A stretch of 64,000 nucleotides of DNA from assembly GCA_965218435.1 (NCBI GenBank), contig CBDCKW010000005.1, positions 288,001 through 352,000 of the forward strand. Direction: 5' to 3'. The translations under genes and the position numbers were made by a program. Below the pieces are notes generated by a model that did not search any database, had not been told where the DNA came from, and was given only the letters and a program-made list of their open reading frames with translations. Positions within the stretch are counted from its first letter, which is position 1; each line of letters starts with the position of its first letter. This document shows positions 28,827 to 39,976 of the stretch, piece after piece. The DNA is from Truepera sp. (GTDB lineage: Bacteria; Deinococcota; Deinococci; Deinococcales; Trueperaceae).

Positions 28827-30407
28827 ATGAAGTACATCGTTTGGTTTATGCTCGCTGTAGCACCCTTGTTTCAGGCTGGCGCGCAGTCCGCGACACTTCG
28901 GCTGGCCGACTGGCCGCTCGCTGGGATGCCGACGGCTGAAGAGCAGGCGACGAGTCCTTCGTCAAAAGCGTATGCCGAGGTGCTCACCAGCTGGTTAGAG
29001 GCCAACCCCGACGTGTCGCTCGAGACCATCTCGTTCAGCCAATGGGATCAGCAGGCGCTCGTCACCGGGATTTCGGGCGGCGCGGTCTCGACGTATTATC
29101 CCGGTCAGGTGCTGGGGGGCTGGAACCCGGTGGCGATGCACACCGCCTTTAAGCAGGGGTTGGCCGCCGACGTAACTGAGCTGGTCGAAAAGTACGGCGT
29201 GTTAGACGAGATCAGCCCCGAAGCTCGAGTGTTCTACGAGAACGAGCGGCTCGAGGGACGCTTCTACGGGCTTCCGGTTGATTTCACCGTTTCTCAGGGC
29301 ATCTACTACCGTAAGGATTTGGTCGAGCAGCTAGGCCTCGAGGAGCCCCATCCCGGCTGGACCTGGGAGGAGTTTCTTACGTTGGCCGCCGGATTGACCT
29401 CCGCCGACGAGGGCCGTGTCGGCGCGACGATTCAGGACTGGTTACCGCTAGAGCACGTCAACTCAGCGGGCAAGATAGTTGAGGAGGTACCCGCCCCCGA
29501 AACGAACTGGAACACCGCCTGGGTGCGGTCGCCGAGCTTTGACAGAGGAGTCGAGATTTTAGAGGGTTGGCGCAAGGCCATCTACGACGACAAAACCGTG
29601 CGGATCAGTCAAAACGCGGGCGATGAGGAACGCGCCACGCAGTTTATCAACGGTCAGGCCGGGATGTGGGCGGCAACGCCGAACTGGTACACCCGCTCGA
29701 GCACAGATGAGTTCGCCATGTCGAACCTCGCCGACCGGCTCGGCCGACCCGTCGAAGAGGTCGTAGGCTGGGTTGAGTTCCCCCGTGCGGAGAGCGGCGT
29801 CCCGACCCAAGGCCCGCTGGTCTTTTTGGCGTCGGTGGACCCGAACCTGAGTGAAACCGGTACTGACAAGGCCGTTGCCTTCTTTAATTACATGGTCTAC
29901 GGCGAGGGAGCCGACCGGCAGAAGCAGCTCATCTTTGAGGCGACCCGAGACGCCCGCTACGTCTATCCCGACCCTTACGGTCCCGATCAGGTCGAGGGCA
30001 TCCCCGTCTCCAAAGCTGACGTCTGGGGCGAAGGGTTTGTCGAGAACGTGGAGGCCGCCGCCTCGAACCCCATAGCACCGAACAAAAACGATTATGTTCC
30101 GGCTGAAGCCAATCCCGGTCCCAGTACCCAAGCACTCACCGACGCCTACAACACAGTGATTTACACCGAGGGTGAGCTGGACATCGCCGCCGAATATCAG
30201 CGCGCTTTAGACGTGGTGAACCAGACCGCGCAGGGCTACACCTCGAGCGTCCCCGACGAGGAGCTGCGCGCCGGAATGGCCGAATACTACGACGCGCTGT
30301 TGGCGTTCTACCAGGAGAACTACCCGGTGTACTACGAAAGCGTGCAGAAGCCACTTTACGACGAGTACATAGCTCCTGCCCTCGGCGACACCACCGCCAG
30401 CCGCTAA
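28827..30407 (+). CDS. Sugar ABC transporter solute-binding protein
   Basis: Signal peptide, GRFYGLP, IYYRKDL, WTWEEF. Confidence 0.88.
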   Translation: MKYIVWFMLAVAPLFQAGAQSATLRLADWPLAGMPTAEEQATSPSSKAYAEVLTSWLEANPDVSLETISFSQWDQQALVTGISGGAVSTYYPGQVLGGWNPVAMHTAFKQGLAADVTELVEKYGVLDEISPEARVFYENERLEGRFYGLPVDFTVSQGIYYRKDLVEQLGLEEPHPGWTWEEFLTLAAGLTSADEGRVGATIQDWLPLEHVNSAGKIVEEVPAPETNWNTAWVRSPSFDRGVEILEGWRKAIYDDKTVRISQNAGDEERATQFINGQAGMWAATPNWYTRSSTDEFAMSNLADRLGRPVEEVVGWVEFPRAESGVPTQGPLVFLASVDPNLSETGTDKAVAFFNYMVYGEGADRQKQLIFEATRDARYVYPDPYGPDQVEGIPVSKADVWGEGFVENVEAAASNPIAPNKNDYVPAEANPGPSTQALTDAYNTVIYTEGELDIAAEYQRALDVVNQTAQGYTSSVPDEELRAGMAEYYDALLAFYQENYPVYYESVQKPLYDEYIAPALGDTTASR

Positions 30408-30467
30408 TTTGGTCCGTCCTGCAAGAGGGTGGGGTATGAGCCCTACCCTGAACCACGAGGAGCCCGT

Positions 30468-31415
30468 GTGAAGTCACCCATTGCCGGAAGCCCTGACCTG
30501 CCGAGCGAAAACCAGACCAGCGTGGTGCCTGCGGCTCCGGCGAAGCAGGCACCACGCACCTTAAGCCGCCGCAACCGTTTCGAGAGCGCCCTCTTTACCC
30601 TGCCCGCCTTTTTATTTCAGCTCTCTTGGGGCTGGTACCCGCTACTGATCGCTTTTTTGATCACTTTTACAAACGCCCCTATGATCGGTTCCCCGCAGTT
30701 CGTCGGCTTGCAGAACTACCAGCGCGTCTGGAACGACCCGCTCGTCGCCGACGCCTTTCGGGTCACGCTCATCTATGCAGTGCTCTCTATCTTGCTGACG
30801 TTCGTCATCCCGATCATTGTGGCCGTCTTCTTGATGGAGATGCCCAGACGCCACCTGCGCTGGATGATGACGCTCTGGTTTTTGCCGCTTTCGGGAATCG
30901 CCAGTGCTGTGCTCTGGCGCTACTTTTACGACCGCGACATCGGTATTATTCAGCAACTTTTCACCGCTCTCGGCCTGCCCCGGCAGCAACTCCTGTTCGA
31001 CCCCAACCTGGTCCTCTTCTGGCTGATCGTGCCGGGGTTTTTGCTCTTCGGGCCAGGGCTCATCTATATGGCGACGCTCCAGAGCGTGCCGCAGAGCTAC
31101 TACGAAGCGGCTGAGGTCGAGGGCGCGCGGTTTTGGCGCAAGGTTTGGACCATCTCGCTGCCGCGTCTGCGCCCCATCATCGCTATGATGCTCACCTTCG
31201 CCATCATCGGCTCTTTGCAGACCTTTGAGTGGCCGCTCCTGATGACCGGTGGCGGTCCCGGTGGAGCCAGCCGCACGGTGGTCATCTACATCTACGACAA
31301 GCTCAAGATGCTCAACTACGCGGACGCCACCACACTGTCGGTCTATCTTTTTTTGGTCATCATGGCGCTGGTGGTTGCCTATAACACCTTTTTCAAGGCG
31401 GACCCCGACAAGTGA
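30468..31415 (+). CDS. Carbohydrate ABC permease
   Basis: FVGLQNY, YYEAAEVEGA, ISLPRLRP. Confidence 0.92.
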   Translation: MKSPIAGSPDLPSENQTSVVPAAPAKQAPRTLSRRNRFESALFTLPAFLFQLSWGWYPLLIAFLITFTNAPMIGSPQFVGLQNYQRVWNDPLVADAFRVTLIYAVLSILLTFVIPIIVAVFLMEMPRRHLRWMMTLWFLPLSGIASAVLWRYFYDRDIGIIQQLFTALGLPRQQLLFDPNLVLFWLIVPGFLLFGPGLIYMATLQSVPQSYYEAAEVEGARFWRKVWTISLPRLRPIIAMMLTFAIIGSLQTFEWPLLMTGGGPGGASRTVVIYIYDKLKMLNYADATTLSVYLFLVIMALVVAYNTFFKADPDK

Positions 31416-31485
31416 GGGTGCTCGGGGCTTCGACGAAGGGCACCGTTTCGTGCTGAACTATCTACCAAGCCTTAAGGAGGGTTAA

Positions 31486-32502
31486 GTGGCGCTATTCCCC
31501 ACGGTTGGCCGCAAGCAGCCCCGGTTACGCATCAGTTGGTGGCTGCTGGTGGCGTTCTTGCTGCTCGGCATCCTCTTACACCTATTTCCCTTCTACTTCA
31601 TGATCATCACCTCGTTCAAGGCGGCGCGTGAGGTGTTCGCCACGCCGCCGACTTGGTGGCCGGAGAACTTCACCACTGCCGCCTGGGAGTTGGTCTACCG
31701 GATCGCTACCGGGCAGGTCGCCGCCGTCTTGCCCTATCCGTTCTGGGTCTACCTTAAAAACTCGTTTATCCTGACCTTCGGCACGCTGCTTATCTCGTTG
31801 CCGGTCACCTCGCTGGCAGCCTACGCCAACAGCAAACTTCAGCGCGGTAGGGTCGCGCGCTGGTCGTTTCTATTTTTTATCGGCACCATCATGGTACCCG
31901 CCGTGGTGACGCTCATCCCGTCGTTCTTGCTGACGCGCAACTTTCCTTTCGCCCTGTCAACAGTACCCCTGATTCCCGGAACCGAAACACCTTTTCCAAC
32001 GGTAAGCATCTGGGACACCTTCTGGGCGGTGATCTTGCCGGGGGTATTCGGTGCGTTCAACTACCTGCTCTTCAAGGGCTTTTTCGACACCATTCCCGAT
32101 TCGGTCATTCAGGCGGCCCGGGTTGACGGCGGCAGCGAACTGAACATCTTCAGGCGGATCGTGTTGCCGATGAGCGTGCCGGTCTACGCCGTCGCTGCCT
32201 GGGGCCAATTCAGCGGCGTCTGGGACTCCTTTCTGTGGCCAATTCTGGTGTTACAGAGCCCGGAAAAGATTCCGACTTCAATCGCCATCTACGGGCTGAT
32301 GGAGCGCCTCACCCTGTCAGGGGCGACGAACGCCGGCCAAGCTTTGGGTCAGTCACAGGCGATGGAGGAGCTTCTCGCCGCCGGGCTGTCATGGAACGGG
32401 CTGATGGTGCTGGGGATTTTGCAAACGCTGCCAATATTTATCATGTTCATCGTCTGCCGTGAATACTTACTCAGGGGCATTCGCATCCGGGGGCTTAAAT
32501 AA
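31486..32502 (+). CDS. Carbohydrate ABC permease
   Basis: TSFK, IPDSVIQAARVDGG, WDSFLWP. Confidence 0.92.
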   Translation: MALFPTVGRKQPRLRISWWLLVAFLLLGILLHLFPFYFMIITSFKAAREVFATPPTWWPENFTTAAWELVYRIATGQVAAVLPYPFWVYLKNSFILTFGTLLISLPVTSLAAYANSKLQRGRVARWSFLFFIGTIMVPAVVTLIPSFLLTRNFPFALSTVPLIPGTETPFPTVSIWDTFWAVILPGVFGAFNYLLFKGFFDTIPDSVIQAARVDGGSELNIFRRIVLPMSVPVYAVAAWGQFSGVWDSFLWPILVLQSPEKIPTSIAIYGLMERLTLSGATNAGQALGQSQAMEELLAAGLSWNGLMVLGILQTLPIFIMFIVCREYLLRGIRIRGLK

Positions 32503-33620
32503 TGGCTGAGATCGAACTCAGAAACGTGACTAAATACTACGACGACCCCGACTCGGCCTCGTTCGTCGGCGACAAGAGACCGGCGCTGGGGCGTGTCAGC
32601 TTGACGATCCGGGAGGGCGAGACGCTCAGCGTGGTGGGGCCGTCGGGCTGCGGCAAGAGCACGCTCTTAAAGGTGGTGGCGGGGCTCGAGTTTCCCGACC
32701 GGGGCCAAGTGCTTTACGACGGACATGACTTTACCGACATTAGACCGAGAGACCGGGGGGTGGGGATGGTCTTTCAGGACTACGCCCTCTACCCGACCAA
32801 AAAGGGCGAGGGTAACCTCAAGTACTTTTTCGAGGTTCATGAGCGCAGCGAGGGCGAGATGCTACAAAAGGTCAAGGAGACCGCCGAACTGATGGGTGTC
32901 GGCTTTGAGCTGCTCCTCGGGCGGATTCCCGATACCCTCTCGGGCGGCGAAAAGCAGCGCGTCGCCATCGCGCGGTGCATCGTGCGCGACCCAAGCCTGT
33001 TCCTAATGGATGAGCCCATCTGCAACTTAGACGCCAAGCTGCGTGAACGCACCCGCGTCGAGATCAAAAAGCTGTTGCGCAAGTTTGCCGTCACTACGGT
33101 CTATATCACCCACGATCAGCAGGAGGCCGTGTTTATGGGCGACCGCATCGCGGTCATGCGCCAGGGCGCGCTAGAACAACTCGGCACCTACGACGACCTC
33201 TACTACGGACCGGTCAACGCTTTCGTAGCGACCTTCATCGGCGCGCCCGCCATGAGTTTGCTGCCCGCCACCGTCGAACGCGGCTCTTTACGCGTGGGCG
33301 AAGCACGGTGGGCACTGCCCCTAGAGCTTGCCGGGGTGCTGCCCGAAGGGTCGGTGCAGCTCGGGGTACGTCCCGAAGGGTGGCGGCTAGAGGCCGAGGG
33401 AGGTGCGCCGCTCGAGGTTCGTCACGTCGAGCGTCTCCCTACCGAAGGCTCGAGCTTCGTCAGCGGGACGCTGCTGGGGCAGCGAGTCACGGTACTGGCC
33501 CCGCTCGACACTCCTGAGCAGGCGAGCCTGCCGCTCCTACCGGACTGGGAACAGGCGTACTTCTTCTCGCCGGACGACGGGCGCGCGGTGCACACCCCGC
33601 AACCGCTCGAGCTTTTTTAG
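32502..33620 (+). CDS. ABC ATPase (MalK-like) 1
   Basis: GPSGCGKS, LSGGEKQR, MDEP, THD. Confidence 0.93.
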   Translation: MAEIELRNVTKYYDDPDSASFVGDKRPALGRVSLTIREGETLSVVGPSGCGKSTLLKVVAGLEFPDRGQVLYDGHDFTDIRPRDRGVGMVFQDYALYPTKKGEGNLKYFFEVHERSEGEMLQKVKETAELMGVGFELLLGRIPDTLSGGEKQRVAIARCIVRDPSLFLMDEPICNLDAKLRERTRVEIKKLLRKFAVTTVYITHDQQEAVFMGDRIAVMRQGALEQLGTYDDLYYGPVNAFVATFIGAPAMSLLPATVERGSLRVGEARWALPLELAGVLPEGSVQLGVRPEGWRLEAEGGAPLEVRHVERLPTEGSSFVSGTLLGQRVTVLAPLDTPEQASLPLLPDWEQAYFFSPDDGRAVHTPQPLELF

Positions 33621-33629
33621 GGGGTTGGA

Positions 33630-34751
33630 GTGAGCGCCCTAACAGTTCGAAACCTCAGCAAACGCTTTGACGAGAAGGCGGCGGTTGACGGAGTCAGCTT
33701 TACGCTTGACGACGGAGAATTTTTGGCTGTCGTGGGACCATCCGGCTGCGGCAAGACCACCACCTTACGGATGCTCGTGGGGCTCGAGACCATCACCGGC
33801 GGTGAAGTACGCTTCGGCGAGCGGCGCGTCAACGACGTTCGCCCCCGCGACCGCAACGTGGCGATGGTTTTTCAAGACTATGCCATTTTCCCGCACCTGA
33901 CGGTCTATGACAACATCGCCTACGGGCTGCGCTCGCGGGGTGCGCCGCGCTCGCTCGTGCAGGAGCGTGTACCGAGAGCGGCGGCAGCGTTTCGCATTGA
34001 AGGGCTTCTCAAACGCAAACCCCGGCAGCTCTCGGGCGGCGAGCGCCAGCGCGTTGCGCTCTCGCGGGCGATGGTCCGGGACGCCGAGGTTTACCTCTAC
34101 GACGAACCCTTGTCGAATTTAGACGCGCAGCTCCGGCACGGCGCGCGCGAGGACATCCTCACGCTGCACCGGGAGAAGGGCAAACCGACCGTTTACGTCA
34201 CTCACGATCAGTCCGAGGCAATGGCTCTAGGCGACCGCATCGCGGTGATGCGCGCCGGAAGGCTCGAGCAGCTCGGCAGTGGCGCGGAGCTGTACGAGCG
34301 CCCGCAAAACCTGTTCGTGGCTCACTTTATCGGCACCCCCTCGATGAACGTGTTCGACGTGCGGTTGGAGAGCGAGGCGGGCGCTCTCTACGCTCGTGGC
34401 GAAGCGTTCTCCCTGCGCCTGCCTCCTGAGATTGCCGACAAAGTAGCCTCGTACCGGGGCCGGACGGTCAAGCTCGGGGTGCGCCCGGAGGCGTTCGCGG
34501 TACCGAAGATGGCAACGTTCGAGGTAGACGAGGGCAACACGGTGGGAGGGCTCGTCGAGGTCATCGAACCCTCGGCGGGGGGCTGCACGGTTTATTTGAG
34601 TACTGTAGGGGAGACGCCCAAAGATTTCGTCGCCACCCTCAAGGTGCGCTTGCCGAGCCGCTACCTTGGGCAGGAGGTGCCGCTGGCGGTCAACCCCAAA
34701 CGGCTGCACCTGTTCGACCCCGAGACGGAGCGTTCACTGCTCTATGGTTGA
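33630..34751 (+). CDS. ABC ATPase (MalK-like) 2
   Basis: GPSGCGKT, LSGGERQR, YDEP, THD. Confidence 0.93.
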   Translation: MSALTVRNLSKRFDEKAAVDGVSFTLDDGEFLAVVGPSGCGKTTTLRMLVGLETITGGEVRFGERRVNDVRPRDRNVAMVFQDYAIFPHLTVYDNIAYGLRSRGAPRSLVQERVPRAAAAFRIEGLLKRKPRQLSGGERQRVALSRAMVRDAEVYLYDEPLSNLDAQLRHGAREDILTLHREKGKPTVYVTHDQSEAMALGDRIAVMRAGRLEQLGSGAELYERPQNLFVAHFIGTPSMNVFDVRLESEAGALYARGEAFSLRLPPEIADKVASYRGRTVKLGVRPEAFAVPKMATFEVDEGNTVGGLVEVIEPSAGGCTVYLSTVGETPKDFVATLKVRLPSRYLGQEVPLAVNPKRLHLFDPETERSLLYG

Positions 34752-35418
34752 CCGTGTAAGGGAGGCCCCGAGCGACCAGACCGGCTTTTTCTGGGGTGCG
34801 TTCAGCGACCTGCGCGAGAGCCTCGAGCGCCTGGTACTGCTCAATTTGGTCTGGTCGTCCCAACTCGTGCCGGGCCTTTTAGGGTTAGCCTTTCAGGAGT
34901 GGCCGCTGGCGCTGCGGGGCGTGCTGGTATTTTACAGCGCGGTCGTGGCCGTCCCGGCGACGCTGGTCGTCTACGCCCTCGTTGCAGGGCTGCTCGAGGG
35001 CGACGACATCCGTTACGAGACGGTTCGGGACGCCTTCGCCCGCACCAGCCGCGCGAGCTTCCAGAGCCTGGCTCCGCTCCTGTTGGGGTCAGCCGCCGTC
35101 GTCTGGCTGGCGCTGCAGCCGCTACCCTACGCTGCCGCAGTCGGGGTGCGGCTCCTGCTCCTGCTCACCCTCATGACGGCGCTCTACTGGGGGCCGCTCT
35201 TGGCTGCCGACCCACGCCTGTCGCCACCTGCGCTCGTGCGCGCCTCGAGCCGCCTGGTCCTAGCTTATCCCTGGCTGAGCCTGCAACTGGCCGCCGCCAC
35301 GCTGCTGGGTGTCGTTGTGGCGGTCATCTCCGTCGGAGGATTTTTTCTCGTGTCCATAACGCTGCTGGCGCTCTTTCAGACGCGCGCGTGGCGCGACCTG
35401 GAGGAGAAGCGTGGCTGA
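34744..35418 (+). CDS. Integral membrane protein (YesL/DUF624-like)
   Basis: LVLLNLVW...PAT pattern and about 5 TM segments. Translationally coupled within the ABC operon. Confidence 0.7.
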   Translation: MVDRVREAPSDQTGFFWGAFSDLRESLERLVLLNLVWSSQLVPGLLGLAFQEWPLALRGVLVFYSAVVAVPATLVVYALVAGLLEGDDIRYETVRDAFARTSRASFQSLAPLLLGSAAVVWLALQPLPYAAAVGVRLLLLLTLMTALYWGPLLAADPRLSPPALVRASSRLVLAYPWLSLQLAAATLLGVVVAVISVGGFFLVSITLLALFQTRAWRDLEEKRG

Positions 35419-36508
35419 ACTGCGGGTGCACGACGTTTCCAAACGCTTGGGCGGTTATCTGGCTGTCGATGGTGTCTCGTTTACGGTGCGGGAGGGAGAG
35501 TTCTTCGTCTTACTGGGGCCGTCCGGCGGGGGCAAGAGCACTGTGCTGCGCCTTATCTGTGGGCTCGAGCAGCCCGACTCGGGCACCATCACGCTGGCTG
35601 AACGCGACGTCACGGCGCTCCCGCCGCGGCAGCGCAACCTCGGCATGGTTTTTCAGGATTACGGGCTTTACCCCAACATGGACGTTTTCGACAACATCGC
35701 TTACGGCTTGCAAGCTCGGGGTCTGGCGCGAGCTGAGGTCGAGCGCCGCGTGGGTGAAGCCGCGCAGAACTTAGGTTTGGGCGAGATGCTGCGGCGTTCG
35801 GTCGTTGACCTTTCCGGCGGCGAACAGCAGCGCGTCGCGCTCTCACGGGCGCTGGCTAAAGACGCGGACGCCTACCTCTACGACGAGCCCTTATCGAATT
35901 TGGACCCCAAACTCCGCTTCAAGGCGCGTCACGACATCATCAAGGTCCACCGCGCCAAGCGGCGTCCGAGCGTGTACGTCACCCACGACCAGGACGAAGC
36001 CTTTGCGATGGGCGACCGCATCGCGGTGATGGGGCCGGGAGGCCGCTTGCAGCAGGTCGGCAGCGGCGACGACCTGCTGGAGCGGCCGGCCAACCTGTTT
36101 GTGGCGGGATTTATCGGCAACCCACCCATGAACCTGCTGGAAGGGCGGCTCGAGCCGGGTCAGCGTGCGCGGGTCGTAGGCGAGGGATTCGAGCTTGAAG
36201 TTCCTCCACGTCTTGCGAGGGCGGTAGCGGCTCTGTCGGCGGAAAAGCTCGTCGTTGGCATTCGTCCCGACGGGCTGACGCCGGCTACAGGTCCAGGCGG
36301 CGTCAAGGGATATGTAAGCAAAGTCGAACCACTTATCGGCGAAACCGAGGTTGTGCTTATGTTGCCCTTAGGCAAACGGGTGTTGGTTCTTTTGCCTGAG
36401 CAGCTCGAGCCGCCGAAGACGGGTGATCTGTTGCGCGTGAGCGCCGATCCTACACGCCTCAGTCTCTTCGAGGTACAGCAGGGTCAGGCTCTATATACAC
36501 CGCCATGA
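35411..36508 (+). CDS. ABC ATPase (MalK-like) 3
   Basis: GPSGGGKS, LSGGEQQR, YDEP, THD. Confidence 0.93.
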   Translation: MAELRVHDVSKRLGGYLAVDGVSFTVREGEFFVLLGPSGGGKSTVLRLICGLEQPDSGTITLAERDVTALPPRQRNLGMVFQDYGLYPNMDVFDNIAYGLQARGLARAEVERRVGEAAQNLGLGEMLRRSVVDLSGGEQQRVALSRALAKDADAYLYDEPLSNLDPKLRFKARHDIIKVHRAKRRPSVYVTHDQDEAFAMGDRIAVMGPGGRLQQVGSGDDLLERPANLFVAGFIGNPPMNLLEGRLEPGQRARVVGEGFELEVPPRLARAVAALSAEKLVVGIRPDGLTPATGPGGVKGYVSKVEPLIGETEVVLMLPLGKRVLVLLPEQLEPPKTGDLLRVSADPTRLSLFEVQQGQALYTPP

Positions 36509-36540
36509 ACACGTAGAGAGTGGAGTTACCCCGATTTAGT

Positions 36541-38289
36541 GGCTCTCCCGCATTAAGCGTGGTCAAGCTGCCAAGAATGTGCGCTGTCTAAGAAGGTCGA
36601 AGTTCGCGCGACCGTACATCATGCGCTTGATGAATTTGAGGCGCGTGACCTGCCCTTCGGTTTGGGCATTGCTCCAAGGTAGCGCCAGCGCCGAACGCAC
36701 CGCTCGATAGTCTTGTCGGATTCCTGCGGCAAAGGTGCGTAGGGCGTTCACGCTGCTCTCTGCGCACGCCTCGAGCCAAGGATCGAGTACCTCGGGTTGC
36801 TTGTGCCGCACCATGTCTACAAACGTTCTGATTGCCTTGTAAACGTGAGCTACCTCTGTGTCTTGGAGTGCGCGAGCAAGTGTTGGTGCATCGCTCCCCT
36901 GCAATGCAGAAGGGTCTTTGACGAAAAGCCAGGCGAGCTGTTTACTTGACGGAAGCTTAGAGGTGGCTCCGTCAGTGTTTACAACAGCCGTTCTCTTTTC
37001 CGCTCTTATCCCCTCCAAATATCGTCCCGGCGTAGTGGGAGCGGGCGTTAGCCGCTTGTCGCGCATCCACTTCAACACCTGCCGCTTCGAGCCAGAGAAG
37101 CCCTGCTGCCGTATTTCGCGCCAAAGCTGGGAGGCGTTTTCACAGCCCGCTTGGTGACGCATGTTCAGATAACTCAGGTAGGGGTCGAGGATGCTGGGAC
37201 CCGGTTGTCTTAGGTGTTCGGGGAAGTCTTCGGAATAGGCGTAGTTTCGCACCGTTTTGATGTCCATAGAAACCCCTCGACTGATAACCGAAAGATTTTT
37301 TCCCTCGTCATAGTGCCGTTTCACCTCTTGATAACGCGCTAAGCGCCTTTTTCGATTCTCCCGGCTAGCTACGGCCTCAGCTCTAGTACGCCGGTAGGCA
37401 CGTGTGCGCCGTGACGCAACGTTTTCTAAAGCAACAGTGGGGCATTTGGGAGTTGCTTGAGCCGTTCGTAAACGCTGGGGAGATAACGTTCCAGCATCTG
37501 TCGCACGTTGAGAAGCAAGTGCCAACGATCTGCCACTTGCTCAGCTTGGGGCGCTCCTTCGCCTGCGGCTTTGGCATACTCGGCGGAGCGGTCGCGCGCG
37601 AGAATCTCGACGCCGGGATGGTCACGAAGCCAGGCTGAGACCGTTTCGCTCGTTCTGTCAGGTAAAAGGTCAACGACTTTGTGTTTTTCCAAATCCACCA
37701 GAATCGTGCCATACGTGCGCCCCTTACGCATGGCCCAGTCGTCTACGCCGAGCACACGGGGCGTCGCTGCAGCTACAACCGGGTTTTTGCGAACCAGGCG
37801 CAGCACGGTGTCTGGGCTTAAAGGCATGGCTAAACGTGACAACAACCGTGCGCCAGCCTCACCGCCCAGCGCGACCCCGACGGAACGCTGCGCCTCCAAA
37901 AGCCGGTAGGTGCGCCGGGCACGACAATCGAGAAGGTCAGGGAACTGCTCGGTGAACGTCCGCTTTTCACAGGCGGAGTTATGGCAGTAAAAGCGTCTGA
38001 CGCTCAGCTGGAGCTGGACAAGGTACCCGCCCAAAGGCAGATCGGCGGGAGCGCGAAGGCAGAAACTATGGACGCGGCAACTTAGCTGCTGACAGTTTAC
38101 ACAGGCGGCGTGCTTCCCTTTTTTACGGGCCTGGATAACGAGCGTTTGCTGCGTTAATTCGTATCGTTCAGTGATGCAGTTCGGTAAAGGTAAAAGAGGC
38201 TTCACCGCCCATCTTGTACCGACGGATTGCCCAGTAGCAAGCGTGTTTAGACAAAAACTCTATCCGACCACGCTTAATGCGGGAGAGCC
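36541..38289 (-). mobile_element. ISL3-family element with a frameshifted transposase (38205-36563)
   Basis: Perfect 24-bp IR GGCTCTCCCGCATTAAGCGTGGTC and 8-bp TSD GATTTAGT. Motifs GVDDWA, ADRWHL, KRMMYGRA. The frame shifts by -1 near 37445. Confidence 0.95.
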
Positions 38290-38529
38290 GATTTAGTGGA
38301 TACCGGCGCGCTTGACGTAGCGTGAGGAAGACTAACAGCTTTATGCTTGATGAGGAGCAAGGACTTTAGTCTAAGCTGAACCTATGCACTTTGAGTACAT
38401 AGTCGTTTAGTTCTTTAGCAGGTCAGTATCAATCCTGCTCGCTTGCGACAAAGCTTCAACCGGTGAGGTTATTCTCACCATAGCCGTACCCGGTAGCCCA
38501 CAGCGGTTCGTCTTGCGCTACCGTTTTAG

Positions 38530-38710
38530 TTATAACTCAGTCTACCGGTAAACGGATGGTCCCCGAACAGCACGTCGGCGATTCCTGCCCCTTCGCTACC
38601 GGGCAACTAGGCAGCGACGAACGCGTCCCAGCTCTCCAACTCCTCGGTGATAATTAGGGGCCGACCTGAGAGGAGGATGACGAGCAGCTTGTTGCAGTGC
38701 TTACGGGTTC
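38530..38710 (-). pseudogene. GH3 beta-glucosidase C-terminal remnant
   Basis: LLSGRPLII...DAFVAA*LPGSEGAGIADVLFGD.PFTGRL, with the W codon changed to TAG. Confidence 0.7.
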
Positions 38711-38938
38711 GGCGGATAAGCCCTAGGCCTCACTTAAATGCAGGTCGCTGCGGTCGAGAGGCGCATTATCGGCATTCTCGCCGACCGCGTAGAGACCGCG
38801 GCTCCCTTCCTGGTAGGGCACATCCTGTCAGGACCACAGCACGGGCGGCGTCGTACAACTAGACGAGAAAAGGTTACCGAGGTTGCCGAGTTCTTGCTGA
38901 AGTCGTGTTTGGGAGGCTGAAGCGGCTAGCGGACGCCA

Positions 38939-39976
38939 CTAGCGTTTCGGATGCGTTGCGAAGAACTCCCAGATCAGTTGGGACGCGTCGATCTCCTGAG
39001 TCGCGGTCTCATCGTCACTTCCGGGCCAGCTATGGGTACCGCCGGTGATCGTGTAGAGCGTTACCTCGGTGTCAGCGCCGCAACCTGTATAGCTGAATTT
39101 TGCCACGTTCTCGCTTACCTGCTGCTCGGCGGGACCGCTGCGGCAGCCGTTTAGTCTCGCCCATGTCTGCGCCGCGAGCGGCACGGTGTAACCCCATCTT
39201 GGGTCGTCGCTGCCCTCGTAGGGGTTGGTGGTGTCGGCGTCGCCGTGGAAGGTAATCACGGGTACCGGTCGCCGTGGCCGACAGCTTTGCACCTCGGGAA
39301 CGTTCGGGTCCGCCAGCGAAGGACGCCCGGCGCGCAGTCCTGAAACGGGCGCGACCGCTGCGATCTTCCCAGGCACCGCGCAGGCGAAGGCCGACGCCAT
39401 CCTTCCTCCGCCCGAATGACCCGTCATGTAGACGCGCCTATCGTCGACGCAGCTGCGGGCGCTGACCTCGTCAATGACCTTTGAAAGGTAAGCAACGTCG
39501 TCGCGTGCATCGGGCGGCGGGTAGGCACCCGCCGTCGTGGGTACACCGGGCACGTTCCAGAGCCAGATGCGGTCCGGGTTCGGCGTCGCTGCCGGGATGT
39601 CGCCGTTCGGCGCGACCACGATAAACCTCTCCGCGTCGGCGACCGGGTCGAGGTTGCTGTATTCGGATTGCGTCTCGGCGTTGCCGTTGCTAAAGTGCAG
39701 ATTGACAACCAGCGGCACCCTCTCCCGGGCGTTCAAACCGTCCGGTACATGCACGCGTACAGGGTACTGGGCACCCTGAAACCGCACCTGAATTGTCTGC
39801 GTTCCGGGCGCTAGGGTGCGGTTGCAGGAGCGTCCGGGGTTGCTCGCTGTTTCGGGAGCTGTGCTGCCAAGTGCGCCGGGTGTCGGAGGTGCGTTTGTCC
39901 CGGTTGCTACTGCGGTGACCAGGCCGAGCGCGCCGAACAAAACACAAAGACGTGCGGTAAATGACGAAATAGGCAT
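38939..39976 (-). CDS. Secreted PHB-depolymerase/LpqC-like esterase
   Basis: Signal peptide, DDVAY, GHSGGG, FHGDAD, HSWPG. Confidence 0.85.
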   Translation of the reverse strand: MPISSFTARLCVLFGALGLVTAVATGTNAPPTPGALGSTAPETASNPGRSCNRTLAPGTQTIQVRFQGAQYPVRVHVPDGLNARERVPLVVNLHFSNGNAETQSEYSNLDPVADAERFIVVAPNGDIPAATPNPDRIWLWNVPGVPTTAGAYPPPDARDDVAYLSKVIDEVSARSCVDDRRVYMTGHSGGGRMASAFACAVPGKIAAVAPVSGLRAGRPSLADPNVPEVQSCRPRRPVPVITFHGDADTTNPYEGSDDPRWGYTVPLAAQTWARLNGCRSGPAEQQVSENVAKFSYTGCGADTEVTLYTITGGTHSWPGSDDETATQEIDASQLIWEFFATHPKR

